A DNA stretch of 64,000 nt from Octopus bimaculoides (Eukaryota), in the NCBI RefSeq assembly GCF_001194135.2, contig NC_068983.1, forward strand, positions 102,137,969 to 102,201,968. The letters run 5' to 3'. The position numbers were made by a program, and so were the translations under genes. A model generated the notes under the pieces. That model ran no database searches. It saw only the letters and a program-made list of their open reading frames with translations, and had not been told where the DNA came from. Numbering within the stretch: position 1 is the first letter of the stretch; each line of letters begins with the position of its first letter. Positions 15,157 to 28,507 of this stretch are shown here, in pieces.

Positions 15157-18100
15157 TCTGCTCACTGTATGCATGTGCATCCGTGTGTGTATGTACAGGT
15201 GCACACTTGTGTGTGTGCCTGTGTGAATGTACATTTAAGCACACATACACTTATAAGTATGGATGCATACATGCAGATATATGGGCATGTGCATATATAT
15301 ATATGTGTGTGTGTGTATATATACCCCCACATCTACTTCTCCCCATCCACATAACCAATTTCTTATAACCACACGGTTGATTTCCTGTTCACCATGCGGT
15401 ATTTTCTAACTAATTGTTGATGCTGAAATACCAGCATCAAACTGCTATACTGCGTGACCTTTCTTGACCAATTACAGGCTAATGTCCAGTAGTAAACATT
15501 GACTCTCTTCAATCAAACTCTTATTCAGATCCCAATGGCCAAAGACTAGCTACACACTTGAAACTCTGAGTACCAAGGAGTCTGAATCAAACTGTTTTGA
15601 TCTATATATATACATCTTTGGGTTAAGATTGAACTAATAAATTAATATTTCCAAGACATGGAATTGTATGTAATGTAAAAGATTGTCTGTGACTAATCAA
15701 TTTTCAATATATTATTGCAGTTGACCACTGATGGTGAAGCCAGCCAAGTTATACGTCCAGCCACTCCTGGACAGATCCGCAATGCTGCCATTGTCAACAC
15801 TCTTTACCAATTCCATGTAGCTATCTCAAAAGTAATGTTAATGTTTTCTCTTTCTCAAAGAAGTCTTTGCTTTTTTTCATTTCTGTTTTGAAGTTGATAC
15901 AGTATTGATATGCAGAAATTTTATTAGCCATTTTATTTCTATTTCGGTTATAGTATACATTGATAATAGCATATATTAGTATACATTAGCTATAGTATTC
16001 ATTAGCAATATCATACATTAGTAATAATATGCATTATTAATAGTATGCATTAGAATATGTTAATAATTGTTTCAAATTATGGTACAAGCCAGTAATTTTA
16101 GGAAGAGGTTAGTTGTTTACATTTACCCCAGTGCTCAACTGGTACTTATTTTGAGTCAAAAGGATGGAAGACAAAGTTGATCTAGACAGAGTTTGAATTC
16201 AAAGTGTAAAGTACCTGAAGAAATGCTGCTAAGCAGTTTATCTAATGATTCTGCCAGTTTGCTGTTTTGACATTGGGTCAATATAATTCACTGTTCCCCT
16301 CTCACCAAAAAAATGTACGACTTTGCGTTTCTGAGAAATCAGTGACAACATACATTAGTAATGATATACATGCGCAAGAGTGGCTGTGTGGTAAGTAGCT
16401 TGCTTACCAACCACATGGTTCCGGGTTCAGTCCCACTGCGTGGCACCTTGGGCAAGTGTCTTCTACTATAGCCTCGGGCTGACCAAAGCCTTGTGAGTGG
16501 ATTTGGTAGACGGAAACTGAAAGAAGCCCGTAAAAAAGTAGTAATGTTCTGTATTTTCAAAATGTAATATCTTTTTTTGTTTTTTGTAGTATAAAATTCA
16601 TTTCTATTTTAATTATTAGCATAAGATAGAATCTGATAATTGTGTGTTCAGTATCTAACAAATGTTCTTTTGCTATGTTATGTGGAAATGGGATAAAATA
16701 TATAAATACCAGTCTTACAGTGGGATGAAGTGAATCACATATATTCTTTTGATTTTATGGAAATGTCCCTATAGCTGTATTTATTTTTGTTACAGGTGAT
16801 TTCTGGGTTGAACTTTTATCCTAGTGAAGCCCTAGAAAATTTGAATGAATCTTTGAAGGTTTGTATCAGTTTAGTTTATTTCATGTTGCTTTAGCTTTTC
16901 ACTAATCCCTCCTCACCTGGGTCAAAAGTAGGTTTCACTTTTGGCTCACTGTTCTCAAGTGCAATAATAGTGCATTATCAACATTTTCCATCTGCTTTTT
17001 CATGCTGGCATGGATTGCACAGTTCTTCTCCAACACAGTGTCATGCCATTTGTCATTTCATTTATAGGTTCAACATCTTGAGAAGCACTTTCATCTTTTT
17101 TGCCTTTAACTTCCTCTTTTACAGGTTTCTTCCATTTGAATCTTTTGGTACTTGTTGCTTAACTATCATCTACCATATGCATTGGCTGCTCAGTCTTGTT
17201 TCTTTGTACACTACATCTAATTCTTCTAATATTCAGGTTTTCTCTCACCTCATTTGTGCTCTGCCATTCATGTACACCAACATTAAACATTCAGTGGAGC
17301 ATGTGTGCTTCGTTTGTTTCCAATTTTCACATGTACTTTGCATTCATTGCTCATCTTGCTCTATCATACATTGCTCTTGGTACAAAAGCATCATACAATC
17401 TACTTTTACCACCCTATTCTTTACTCTGGCTACAAGACTTTCAAAACACCTTCATTCACTGCTGATTTGGTCATTTAGGTAACAAAAGTTATCAACTATT
17501 TCTATAGAGCCTACTGAGTATTAACCCTATTACTACATCTTCTTGGTATATCAGGAACAGCCTAATCTCAATCAAAAAGGAAAATAAAGTTAATGTTGCA
17601 ACATTGTAGTTAAGTGTGTTTATGACACATTGTTAATATCATTCCCCATAACTGTTGTTTAGTTTTGTTTTTAATAAATAAAAAATGGACTTTTGCAATG
17701 AAATGAGCATATGATGAACCCAGCACTTCGTCTGATAAACAAGCATGGCTTAGACTCTTTACAGCTGATGTTTACTCTTGACATGAAAAGTTTATCCTTA
17801 TGCAGACAATCAAACTGGTGAAAGTGGTGAGGAAAGTAGTGATTCAGGTGAACAAATATGGTAGTTGAGATAGGTCTATTGTTATTCTCCTGAATTTGTT
17901 TGTGATTCTGTTCATTAGATTATCTGCAATCGTTACTCTTGAGCTATGTAGAGAGTAAAGTTAGACACAGAGACAGTTAAAAAACTATTTATTTCATGGG
18001 TCACTTTCTGCTAACTATGCATGTCACATGAAGTCTTCCTTTCCTGTTAACCTGTCTCATTCCACAATATCTCTTGTAATTTACATTGGGAACATTATGA

Positions 18101-21100
18101 AATCCCTAGCTCCATTTTTTTTTCTATATATTTTGTTTGGCCATTTCCCAGTCTTTGCTAAATTTATTTTGAGGCTTTCCTTTCGTGTTTTGAATTTATT
18201 CTTCACTGGGTATTGTTTTTATTGTATTAGAATGGTAGATAGGAAATCAGTAAAATACTAGGCGGAACATATTGCAATACTTAACTTCCTTTACATCCTC
18301 AGTTCGATTCCTGTCCATGTTGACTTTTCCTTTTATCCTTCTGAGATGGATAAAATGTGTACCAGATTATAATGCTTCCCTCCTCCCTAAAAAGACCCCA
18401 ACAAAACAAAAATCAATTTATGGGTTTTGTGCCTATGCTAGAGATCATTATTGTTACTACTACTTTTTTCAGGATGTTGTTATGCTGATGAGTTCAGGTA
18501 TACAGCCATTGCTGTCATCTATCTCAGATGCACTGGAAGCTATCATATTAACCATTCACCAAGAAGATTTTTCTGGGTAAATATTGTTTAAAATATCTTT
18601 ATCATGGCTTTTATACTGCTGCATGTATTTCTGAATCATTTGGATTTCTTTTAAAAGACTATTTGGTTAGAATTTTTTTTTTTAATGAATTAACATTATT
18701 TGTTCCCTTACTTTCAAGAATTCTTGACTTGTTTGTAAATTTTTCTACAAACAGCTTATTAAATCAATTAGTTATTTTAATATAAATATTTTATTTCAAT
18801 GAGAGATGTTAGGAAGAGGGTTCATATTTGCCATATGTACCTCACTTCAGTTACATGGTTCTGATTTTTAAGGTTACAGCCATTTGGTGGTGGGGAGGGG
18901 GCGATAGATTGGCTCAGTTCTTTTAAAAGAGTTAAAGATAAGATTATAGACAATGGTTTGACACAAAGATAAAGTATTTTTGTATTAAGTTGATAATATA
19001 ATATATTAATTCCTTAAAATTTCCTAAGTGATTAAAATAAAATAGAAAGAAAAATATTGATATGTAAATTTGATTCAAATGAAATGTTTAAAATTAAAAA
19101 AATTTTTTTAAATACATGCATCACATTTTGAAAATAGCATCCTGCTTCAGGTATAACTCTTGTGTTCTCTTTACATTTTAGTGATGCTCCAACCAGTACT
19201 GCTGTAGATGCTCCCTGTTCCCTGTACATGAAGGAACTACAGAGCTTTATTGCACGGGCACGCACTGACTATTTGTCACCGTTTACTTGTGCTGATTTCA
19301 TCTTTAACAGGTAAATGTCATGTCACAATTTTCTCATTTCTACTACTTGTTTGACAAGTCAAGCTAGAGATTTATAGGCAAATCAAAATCAGATGAGAGA
19401 GAGACATTGGGCTTATGTATGTGAGAGAGATGATTGTATTGGTAGGGCTATGTCATGTAAACGGATGACATGTGTTGAATGAAAAATTTGTATGCATTGA
19501 CAATGGAAGGTACTTATGGTACAAGTAGTTGTGAATTTAGATCTCAGAATCTTGGGCTTCAAAGACAAAGTTGTTATATACTGATGCAGACTAGAACAAT
19601 TCATACAGTCAGACTTGCTGAAATCACTTAAGAGATTTTGCATATGTCAGAATGAAAAAATAACTTTTGTTATTATATGAAAATCTACTATTTTCTGTAT
19701 AAAGATGAAATTTTATGCTTTTAGCTTCCACTTTAGAAATGATCAAATTTCTTTAGTATTTACTTTGGTTCAACAAAATATGTTCCTCTATCTCACATAC
19801 GCAATTCTGCATTTAGTAGAATATATAATTTAAAATATTGTTTTTTTTGTGAAAATTCACCATCCTCATTATGTGTTTAGAAATTTGTAGTCCATTCAAA
19901 TTCATTTTCTAAAATTCTAAAGTTTTTTTTTCGCTCCAAAATGTGTTCAAATATGGCTCTGTGTTTAAGAAGTTCACCATGGGCACATGTCTCTTAGAAC
20001 TGCATTGCTTCTATCAAAGCCTCTAGGGTGGAATTTTGTAAACCCTAACTGTATGGAAGCCCAGTGGAGCAATTGTTCCTGTTTTTGTGTAATAGACATA
20101 GTTTGTTACTTGGGTTAAATGTCACCATTTGATCCTTGTATATCTCTAGTGAAGTCCACTCTCTTGCAAGTATTTAAAGCAATTAGAAAGGCCAACTTTT
20201 TCCCATGGAGGTCCTGAAAAAAGGTCTTGGGCATGGCTCTTCCACTCCCAACTAAGTCATTAAAAAAAGTATCAATACAAAAGAAGGGGAAAAAAATTGT
20301 GAAAATACACTCTTTCATGTTATTGTTTTATTGCAGTATAAATGGAGTTTGTTGTCGATGTATTGAACTGTTTGTGCGACATGCTTGCTTAATTCGGCCT
20401 CTGGGAGATGGTGGGAAAATGAAACTTGCATCAGATTTTGCTCAAATGGAAAGTGCTCTTTCTCCATTTTGTCATCGTCCATCTGATCTAGGTCGACCCT
20501 ATCGTCTTCTCAGAGCTTTCAGGTTTGTTTTAGCTACCTTTTCTTCAACTAATTGCAGCCTTGAGTGTAAAACAGAAAAGTTTTTAAATTTGTTTTTCTT
20601 TATGTATCTAATCAAATAAATTTGAAACCTTGTTATAATTACTGATCTAAGATATTTAATTCATTATTCTGAGCTAGTAAGTTTTGTTAATTGGTTTAAA
20701 ATTGTACAAAGAAACAACAAACAGAGACAGGTTAGTTTACATAAGATTCAGTGTCATAATATAAGATATAATATTTTTTATGTTACTGATTCTTATAAAC
20801 TTAGTCTACAATACCTTGTAAAACAATTTCTTTTAGCTTCAAAATCATGTTTAGAATATATATATACTCTTTTACTTGTTTCAGTCAATTGACTGTGGCC
20901 ATGCTGGAGCACCGCCTTTAGTCGAGTAAATCGACCCCAGGACTTATTCTTTGGAAGCCTAGTACTTATTCTATCGGTCTCTTTTTGCCGAACTGCTAAG
21001 TTACAGGGACGTAAACACACCAACATCGGTTGTTAAGCGATGTTGGGGGGACAAACACATACACACATACATATATATATATATATACATATATACGACA

Positions 21101-21464
21101 GGCTTCTTTCAGTTTCCATTCACCAAATCCACTCACAAGGCTTTGGTCGGCCCGAGGCTATAGTAGAAGACACTTGCCCAAGGTGCCACGCCGTGGGACT
21201 GAACCCGGAACCATGTGGTTGGTAAGCAAGCTACTCATCACACAGCCACTCCTACGCCTATATATATATATCCAAAGTTTTAAATTTTTACATTTAAGAG
21301 AGAGATTTGATGCTAATATCCATATCAATGTTATTTATTCCTATGTCAACATTTCTGTATAAAGCTATATTTGACCCTAAATTAGATCCCTAAGGAGTCT
21401 AATTTAGATTTTTTTGTGGTGAAATCTCCTGCTATATTAGTAACGATTACATAGTTTACTTTGA

Positions 21465-21503
<39 letters not shown>

Positions 21504-23245
21504 TATGATTTTGGAACTAAAAATAGAAATTTTGTGGAAATATAAGAGAGATATCCACAATTAGAAATAACATCTTGCAGATTATAAGATAAATATTTGA
21601 AAGAAAAGTTTTCATATTATATGATATACTTGTAGCATGTTCCTTGTCTTGTGAATGTTCACAAATAACTTAAATAGCATCAGTGATTAAAAAATATTTT
21701 ATCTTACTCTTGTTTCCATTTCAAAACTGATTTTCTTTGATTACTTAAAGATATACATATACAATCAATAATGTAAAGTATATGCTGAACCGTATTGAAA
21801 CAGGTTACAGAAGTGTTATAAAACACTCTGAAGGAATGCAGAAATAGACAGTCAGTATGTGTCTGATTATTGACAAAGATGTCTCTTCTAATATTTAACC
21901 CTTTTTTATTAGTGTCATAACACTGATTTTAATTGTATGAAATTAAATTTTAATTGAAGAATTCCTTTTTTGTTTTCAGGCCATTATTATTCCAGTCTAG
22001 TGAACATATTTCCAGAAGTCCTGTCCTTGGTGATGTCATTCCTTATAGTTTGGTTTTGAGCTTCTTATTTGCTAGAGCTCCTGCAGAACTTACATCTCCT
22101 CATCAGGTATATATAAATATATCCTTTTTTTGTTTAAGATATTCCTTAAATATTTTGTTTTCTTCAAAAAATATATAATAATAATAATAACAACTAGCTG
22201 GACCCATGAAAAACATAAAAAATGTAAGCATCTGTAAACAGTGTACTGGTGCCATGAGAAATGTTTGTATATTATGACTGTCTGTCTTTGCGTTCTGAGT
22301 TCAAATTCTGCCGAGGTTGATTTTGCCTTTCATCCTTTTGGGGTTGATAAATTAAGTACCAGTTGTGTACTGGGGTTGATCTAATCAACTGGCCCCCTCC
22401 CCACAAAAATTTCAGGCCTAGAAAAGTATATTGTGACAGTTACAGAATATAGAAAGTAATGTAATACCAATGCCTATATAATCCAACCAAAATATCTCAG
22501 TTACACAAATGTAAACAGAATTACTATTAACCTTAAAATACATTGTACATATTCAGAGAACCTTCTTGGTTTAGTGGTGCAGAACGTTTTTCTGATATTC
22601 TTTTACTTGTTTCAGTCATTTGACAGTGGCCATGCTGGGGCACCACCCTTTAGTTGAAGAAATTGACCCCTAGACTTATTCCCTGTAAGCCTGGTGCTTA
22701 TTCTATTAGTCTTTTCTGCTGAATACCTAAATTATAGGGATGCAAATGCACCAACATTAGTTGTCAAGCAATAGTGGTGGTGAGACAAACACTGACACAT
22801 ACATACATACATGTGATAGGCCTGGAGGTAGTGGTGATGCTAGTTGGTGTGATTTTATGGTTTGCCGAGAGAGAGATCCAGCGGGCCCCTAACTGGTTCC
22901 CCGATCTTAAAGATGCAATGTGGATGTGTAATGATGACACATCAACAGATGTCCCAGAAATTCTAACTTAAAAAATATAGAAAGATAAAGACAACATTGT
23001 ATTCCAAAGCTAAAAGATGTTTTTTAGCTGAGGTGTAATTTTATAATGAAAACAAATTCAAAATTTAAATTTTGGAGCAAAGCACCATGTTTTTTGGTGT
23101 ATGGCTGCAGTTGAAATGGGTTAAAACAAATGTGTATGTGTGTGTGGTTGGGCCTTTAATAGCAGTTTTAAGGTCAGTTGAAGAAAGGAATTCAAAACGG
23201 CAACATGCACAATCATATACATACAAACATACACAAACGCGTACC

Positions 23246-23278
<33 letters not shown>

Positions 23279-26079
23279 TAAGTGTCAAATAGTCCACAAT
23301 GAAGTCTTCATCTCTTTCTCTCTCTCTCTCTATTCCTACCTGTTGCTTTGCCACTGACTGGAATTGTTTTAGTTGTCTTCAAGCTCTTTCTCTCTCAGTT
23401 TTTCAATAAATGTCCAAAATGGTTCAGTGTTTCAATTGAAAAACATACACAATGTATTAGACAGTTTTTGTTTAGGATAGGTATCCAATATTTGCTGTGG
23501 TTAAAAACACAAAACAAACACCATCTTCCTTTGAGTCACCACTCACTCCTCTCTCATATGTATATATGTCTCAAGTTGTAGCTGTAATTCAAAGGGGCCA
23601 GCCTTGTCATATTCTGTGTGAGGCTGAATCTGCCTGAGACCTATGTTAATGTTATACATGTCTGTGGAGTACTCAGCCGTTTGTGAGTTAATTTTATCCT
23701 CATGTGGTAATGAAAAGTGAAATTGACATCCAATATTTGCTGTGTGTATGTATCTATGTATGAACTTTTCTTTGGATTTATGGACCTACTGTCTCTCACT
23801 TTCTCTTTCATTTCCTTTGTGTCCCTCTTCCTTCCCGCTTTTGATTTAACAGTGTGTATGTGTATCTACTTCTCTTATGATGAACGCCGTCACCACTCAC
23901 TGTCCCTTTCACTCTCACTCTCTTACTTCCTCTGTCTCACATTGCCACTTCTTTGAAGTAAGTGTGATGCACACAACATGCACAAAAACAAAAAGTTAGC
24001 GTATTAATATTGATAATAATCCCTCTATTTTATGCCAAAGTGTACATTTGCCATTGGTTTTAAACTTTCAGGTGAGCTGTCTTTTATTATGGAGTAATAT
24101 AAAATGTTTCTTAATCTTTTAAAAGCAAAATTAAATATATTAAGTCATCAACTTTACCAGTAATTAATTACTTCTGTTTCAGAATGCTGACTGGTCAGTG
24201 AGTTATTATTCCCAATGGTTAGATAATCACACATCAGAAAAAGATAGACTCACATTTATTAAGTAAGTTTCTTTTGTGCATTCCTAGAAGTGTGTCATTT
24301 TCTTTTTCTAATTTATGGGTCAGCAAACCATGAATTCTGACCCATTGCTTCATTTCAACTGACCTGGCAAATTCATTGGATATGTGATGTTGCATGCAAG
24401 TTCTTTGTTTTCTGTATGTCTGTGGTAGGCAAAAAAATACAGTATTGAAAATGGAGCAAAAGGGTTATATGCAGTGGCTTTAAATGAAGCAGTGTTTTAT
24501 ATTAATACAGAAAAAAATTTCCCTAGGTGGGAGATTTTACATATTTTCATGTTCCTAAATGAATAGAGCAATAGACACCAACAGTGTTTCATATGTTGCT
24601 TATAAATGAGGAAATGACAGTAAAAGTGTTTACTTATCTGTTGCAGAAAGCAAGTAAACTGGCTGGTGCCACAATTTAAAAATATCAACATATTCACTTG
24701 TCTATCTATACTTTCAACAGTGTTTTTCATATCTCATTGAAAATGTGAAGGCATTAAAAAATTTTTTTTCAAAATCCATCTGATTTGCATTATTGAAGAA
24801 CTTCTGCCAAGATCATCAGCTTGAAGTTATTGATCTGCAGCCAAAGGAGATGTTAAAAGACTAGTACAAATGGGAAACCTAGATCAACTTTTAAGAGTTT
24901 AGCATTTAGCACATAATATTTATGTAAAAAAAAAACATTTTTGAAGTTGAATTATGTTAAATTGGCTAACCATTTTCAGTCAGTTTTGAATATAAGAACA
25001 CAAAATTTGAACTGCAGTCTGATTATAGGGTCTTCTGCCCACCAAGATTTCATAGTCTTCATTGAGTGATATTACAAGGAAGTTTAAGGTGTCAAGCTGG
25101 CAGAATCGTTAGCACTCTCAGCGAAATGCTTAGAGGCATTTTGTCCATCTTCACACTCTGAATTCAACTTTGCCTTTCATCTTTTCGGGGTTAGTAAAAT
25201 AAGTACTAGTTGATCACTGGGGTCAATGTAACTGACGTAGCGCCTCCCCCGAAATTGCTGGCCTTGTGCCAAAATTTGAAATATATATTACAGGGACATT
25301 TATCAAGGTACATACTCTTATAATGTAAAATATTAAAGTAATTAAACAAGTCATGTCTATTGCTTAGTATGATTATAGTTTAACTTTTTATTAACCTCAG
25401 CCTGTAAAGCATAAAAATATTCCCAATTTGTTCTCCTTCCCCCAAAAGTTTGCTAACACCTATTTTACTGACTAGATCATTTCAGTAGCAGAATAAATTT
25501 TCATTTTAAAGTAAAGTTAAATATTTTCTATTGATATTGGGTATTTTATTTGAAAACATTAAATGGATTTGTAAAAGTTAAGAAGATATCCACATAACTC
25601 TTTTACATGATATTTATTGTGATTTATAACTGTCTTCCACATCATGGAAAATACACTGAAATATATTTAAGAGGCTAAAAGCTGCCAAAAACTGGTTATT
25701 TCCTGATATTGATGAGAAGGAATAGTATGATGCATATTGGTAGGATTAAGTACCAAGAAGTAGTAGAAGAAGAGGGTAGGAAGTCTTGTACTGAAGTAAT
25801 CACAAGATCTTGACAAGTTAGGTATGACAGATAAAATGACGATGCTACCTATATGTGTGTGTGTAACCTGAATACTTTTACCATTTTTGATGAATTTCAG
25901 AATAAATATTAACACCTTGTATTTGAATGATGCTATAGGGTGATATTTTCATTATCTTTTACAGAGGTGCACTGGAAGCCTATGTACAGCAGGTTAAATG
26001 TCGTCAGGGCAAGAAGTTTGCCGACATATATCCTGTTATGTTAGAATTGCTTCAACAAGGTCTTCAACAAGCAACCTGA
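305..26079 (+). CDS. COG5: Conserved oligomeric Golgi complex subunit 5 (5'-partial), 16 coding exons in window
   Basis: Exons 305-435, 2644-2809, 3868-3980, 5674-5751, 8031-8118, 8397-8595, 10362-10523, 11389-11488, 15721-15831, 16796-16858, 18473-18576, 19182-19310, 20337-20522, 21980-22106, 24183-24262, 25965-26079 all have AG/GT borders and join in frame. Peptides such as [56 protein letters not shown] and [21 protein letters not shown] match COG5 as I recall it. Stop TGA at 26077-26079. Confidence 0.96.
1372..1629 (-). mobile_element. RTE LINE 3' end
   Basis: Near-identical reverse complement of 30900-31139; abuts a gap. Confidence 0.8.
2644..2809 (+). CDS. COG5: COG5 exon ([15 protein letters not shown]...QQLPSQGQG)
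   Basis: ttatag| acceptor; donor gtcagt at 2810 (alternative in-frame gtcaag at 2804). Confidence 0.9.
3868..3980 (+). CDS. COG5: COG5 exon ([37 protein letters not shown])
   Basis: tttttag| acceptor, |gttagt donor. Confidence 0.93.
4596..4823 (+). mobile_element. piggyBac-like MITE (~225 bp)
   Basis: TTAA-CCCTTTAGCA...TGCTAAAGAG-TTAA termini; 10 copies in the window. Confidence 0.8.
5398..5625. repeat. Degenerate (CAT/TAT/TGT)n trinucleotide tract
   Basis: Low-complexity tract directly upstream of the COG5 exon at 5674. Confidence 0.85.
5674..5751 (+). CDS. COG5: COG5 exon ([26 protein letters not shown])
   Basis: attag| acceptor, |gtgtgt donor; 26 codons; absent from the ORF track. Confidence 0.92.
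6390..7081. mobile_element. Non-autonomous Tc1/mariner-like TIR element
   Basis: Perfect 25-bp inverted repeat TACATATGAGGCGTTTAGTAACAGA (6390-6414 / 7057-7081), extending imperfectly to about 40 bp, with TA at the ends. Confidence 0.75.
8031..8118 (+). CDS. COG5: COG5 exon ([29 protein letters not shown])
   Basis: ctatcag| acceptor, |gtatag donor; phases fit the neighbours. Confidence 0.88.
8397..8595 (+). CDS. COG5: COG5 exon ([26 protein letters not shown]...KTGY)
   Basis: ttcaag| acceptor, GA|gtaagt donor. Confidence 0.93.
9643..9815 (-). mobile_element. RTE LINE 3' end
   Basis: Same family, truncated. Confidence 0.78.
10362..10523 (+). CDS. COG5: COG5 exon ([32 protein letters not shown]...VKTIA)
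   Basis: ggtag| acceptor, AG|gtaagg donor. Confidence 0.93.
10700..10870 (+). mobile_element. Decayed non-LTR reverse transcriptase remnant
   Basis: [19 protein letters not shown] ... FYADDT, a degenerate GVPQGS/YADD motif pair. Confidence 0.6.
11389..11488 (+). CDS. COG5: COG5 exon ([33 protein letters not shown])
   Basis: ttgcag| acceptor, |gtaagt donor. Confidence 0.93.
12358..12582 (+). mobile_element. piggyBac-like MITE copy
   Basis: Same body; TTAA at both ends. Confidence 0.75.
12963..14607. repeat. Long inverted duplication in a COG5 intron
   Basis: About 12963-13665 is the reverse complement of about 13922-14607, colinear and moderately diverged, with an AT-rich ~255-bp spacer. 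Confidence 0.9.
15721..15831 (+). CDS. COG5: COG5 exon ([37 protein letters not shown])
   Basis: ttgcag| acceptor, |gtaatg donor; 37 codons. Confidence 0.92.
16372..16530 (+). mobile_element. Same SINE family, head only
   Basis: Near-identical to the reverse complement of 21097-21260. Confidence 0.8.
16796..16858 (+). CDS. COG5: COG5 exon ([21 protein letters not shown])
   Basis: ttacag| acceptor, |gtttgt donor; 21 codons; fills the expected gap in the protein. Confidence 0.85.
16975..17490 (-). mobile_element. Old, decayed RTE LINE ORF remnant
   Basis: The minus strand aligns by eye with 46850-47100 (AGATTGTATGATGCTTTTGTACCAAGAGCAATG vs AGACTGTATGACGCATGTGTACGAACAGCCATG). Confidence 0.6.
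18473..18576 (+). CDS. COG5: COG5 exon ([34 protein letters not shown])
   Basis: ttttcag| acceptor, GG|gtaaat donor. Confidence 0.92.
19182..19310 (+). CDS. COG5: COG5 exon ([42 protein letters not shown])
   Basis: ttttag| acceptor, AG|gtaaat donor. Confidence 0.92.
20337..20522 (+). CDS. COG5: COG5 exon ([41 protein letters not shown]...RAF)
   Basis: ttgcag| acceptor, AG|gtttgt donor. Confidence 0.93.
20868..21260 (-). mobile_element. tRNA-derived SINE, near full length
   Basis: Head with A/B-box-like GGCTGTGTGATGAG and GGTTCAGTCCC, then CCTTGGGCAAGTGTC, a (TA/TG)n linker and a body ending ACTGAAACAAGTAAAAG; many decayed copies in the window. Confidence 0.8.
21980..22106 (+). CDS. COG5: COG5 exon ([42 protein letters not shown])
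   Basis: ttttcag| acceptor, |gtatat donor. Confidence 0.93.
24183..24262 (+). CDS. COG5: COG5 exon ([26 protein letters not shown])
   Basis: tttcag| acceptor, AA|gtaagt donor. Confidence 0.92.
25088..25281 (+). mobile_element. SINE with Nin/Deu-like central domain
   Basis: GCCTTTCATCTTTTCGGGGTTAGTAAAATAAGTACTAG core; related copies at about 22281-22425 (+), 27733-27908 (-) and 16085-16262 (-). Confidence 0.65.
25965..26079 (+). CDS. COG5: COG5 last coding exon ([37 protein letters not shown])
   Basis: ttacag| acceptor; TGA stop. Confidence 0.93.
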
Positions 26080-26189
26080 CATAGAAGAAAACTATTTTTA
26101 AACAGTCAAAATTGTGGGTGAAAAACAGAAAGGGAGTTACATATGTATCTTGTTGAGGGGGAAAAACTTGTTTATTTATTTTTTGTATC

Positions 26190-26199
26190 ATTAAATAAA
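26190..26199 (+). terminator. Likely COG5 polyadenylation signal
   Basis: Overlapping ATTAAA/AATAAA about 115 nt after the stop, followed by a T/GT-rich tract. Confidence 0.55.
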
Positions 26200-27240
26200 A
26201 TTTTGTGTAACATTTTCTGTTGTTTTAATTTCTTTAGTTATAATTGCGGTAAGCCTTGCCACATGCTGTGACTTTATGAAGTACTTCTTGGTCTGTTATA
26301 GCTTCATGTTCATTCATTTCTAGGTGAACAAGTATTCTAAGTGATCACTAACATCATCATCATTTAACACCCGTTTTCCATGCTAGCATGGGTTGGATGG
26401 TTTGACAGGAGATGGCCAGTCAGAGAGCTGTCCAGGCTCCACTTATCTGTTTTGGCATGTTTTCTTTGGTTGGATGCCCTTTGTAATGCCAACAAATTTA
26501 GTGTGTTGGGTGCCTTTTACATGCCACTGGCATAGGATCATTTAATGTCTGTTTTCCACGCTGTCATGGGTTGGACGGTGCTGCATGCTTTGCGGCTCCA
26601 CGAACCTCAATATCTCTCTCGTCAATTTTGATTCTCATCTTCATTCCTTTGTTTTACAAATTTTTCATGTTAGTATGAGTTAGACAATTGTGCTATTGCG
26701 GCTGGATACCATTCCTGATGCTAACCTTTACCTGTTTTTCAAGAAAGAGATCTCTTTTTCGACATAGCTGCAAAGCAATAAAGTAAGCAGGCAATTTATT
26801 GACAAGAGAAATGTCAACAGAGCACCATGCAAACATTGACACACATACATAAATGGCTTTGTTTGATCTTGAGTTGTAGTAAAAGATACATGCCCAAGGT
26901 GCCACATAGTGGAACTGAAGCTGAACTGAAACCTCGTGACTAAGAAGCAAACTTCTTAATCACACAGACAAACCTGTGGCTATTTTAAATACATCTATTT
27001 CTCTAACATTTCTAGGAAAGATTAATTATTGTTATGAATTTAGTATTTCAAATAGTAAAAACATGCTCTGAAGGAATCTTGTATCCTTTACTTGTTTCAC
27101 TTATTAGACTGTAGCCATACTGGGGCACTACCTTGAATAAATTGACTCTCATACTTTTTTTTAAAGCCTGGTGCTTATTCTATTGATCTTTTTAGTTATG
27201 GGGATGTAAACACAAATTTCAAAGACACACACGTATAAAC

Positions 27241-27552
27241 TGGCACTCCGTTGGTTATGACAATGGATCCAATCAATGGAACAGCCTGCTTGTGAAATTA
27301 ATATGCATGTGGCTGAGTACTCGACAGACTCGTGTACCCTGAATGTAGTTCTCAGGAAGATTCAGCGTGACACAGTATGTGACAAAGCTGGTCCTTTGAA
27401 ATACAGGTACTACTTATTTTTGCCAGGTGAGTGGACTGGAGAAATGTGAAATAAAGTGACTTACTCAAGGACACAATGCATCGCCTGGAATAGAACGCAC
27501 AACCTAACGATTATGAGCCGAATACCCTAACCACTAAGCCACATACCTTCGC
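27241..27552 (-). mobile_element. tRNA-derived SINE with CORE-like domain
   Basis: tRNA-like head at about 27480-27552; GAAATAAAGTGACTTACTCAAGGACAC on the plus strand is CORE-like. Confidence 0.6.
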
Positions 27553-28017
27553 TACATGCATATATATTTGTATGTATGTATGTATATATATATATATGAA
27601 AGATAGTCATTGGAATACATTTATATTCATGAATAATATGAAATATTTGTTATCAAAATTAGCAGGTCACAAGCATATTAAAATATGACATTTCAAATTA
27701 CTCCTTGTTTGAAACAAAGCCTAAAATATTGATTTCAAATTTTGGCACAATTACATCGACTCCAGTGCTCAACTGGTACTTGTTTTATCGACCCTGAAGT
27801 GATGAAATGCAAAGTCGACCTCAGCAAAATCTGAACTCAGAATGTGAAGACATACAGAATGTTGTTAAGCATTTTGCCCAGCATACTAATGCTTCTGCCA
27901 GCTCACTGCCCTGACAAAGCTGAAGATATTGCCTGTAAAATTTTTAAGTAAATCACAAAACTGTAATAATCATTAAAAATATCAACAGAAATATAAACTA
28001 CAGAGACAGGGTAGATT

Positions 28018-28049
<32 letters not shown>

Positions 28050-28507
28050 GCTTCTTTCAGTTTCCGTCTACCAAATCCACTCACAAGGCTTTGGTCAGCC
28101 CAGAGCTATAGCAGAAGACACTTGTCCGAAGTGCTACACAGTGGGACTGAACCTGAAACCATACTTCTTATGGAAAGCATACTTCTTATCGTAAGTCTTT
28201 TCTTCTGCAGTGATTAAATCCTTTACTTTATATGATATTTGCTTCCTGGATCTATAAAGATTCTTTGTGTGGTTACAGAACTTAAATTTAACAGCATGTA
28301 TCAGCTTGTAAGTTCCACTTCCTGTAATTTTCTTCCCAGCATTTTGTGCCATTTCAAGATTCAAGAAAATTTATAAAATATATATTAGTTGTATAGATTT
28401 TTGAAAATGTTTTCTCTTAATAATAAAACATGGTTATATTTTGAAAGAAAAGTTTATTGCAATAAATATAATTGATATCAATAAGGAAATATATACCAAG
28501 GAATAAA

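Noticed and set aside
15395-15455. Perfect 9-bp hairpin TTGATGCTG-AAATAC-CAGCATCAA with hammerhead-like flanks
   Set aside because: The catalytic core would need three substitutions (TTGTTGA for CTGATGA, CAAAC for GAAAC) and stem I is not convincing; at best a dead relic.
28134-28364. 76-aa minus-strand ORF between COG5 and COQ2
   Set aside because: No usable splice sites or recognisable homology; its 3' end runs into a SINE.
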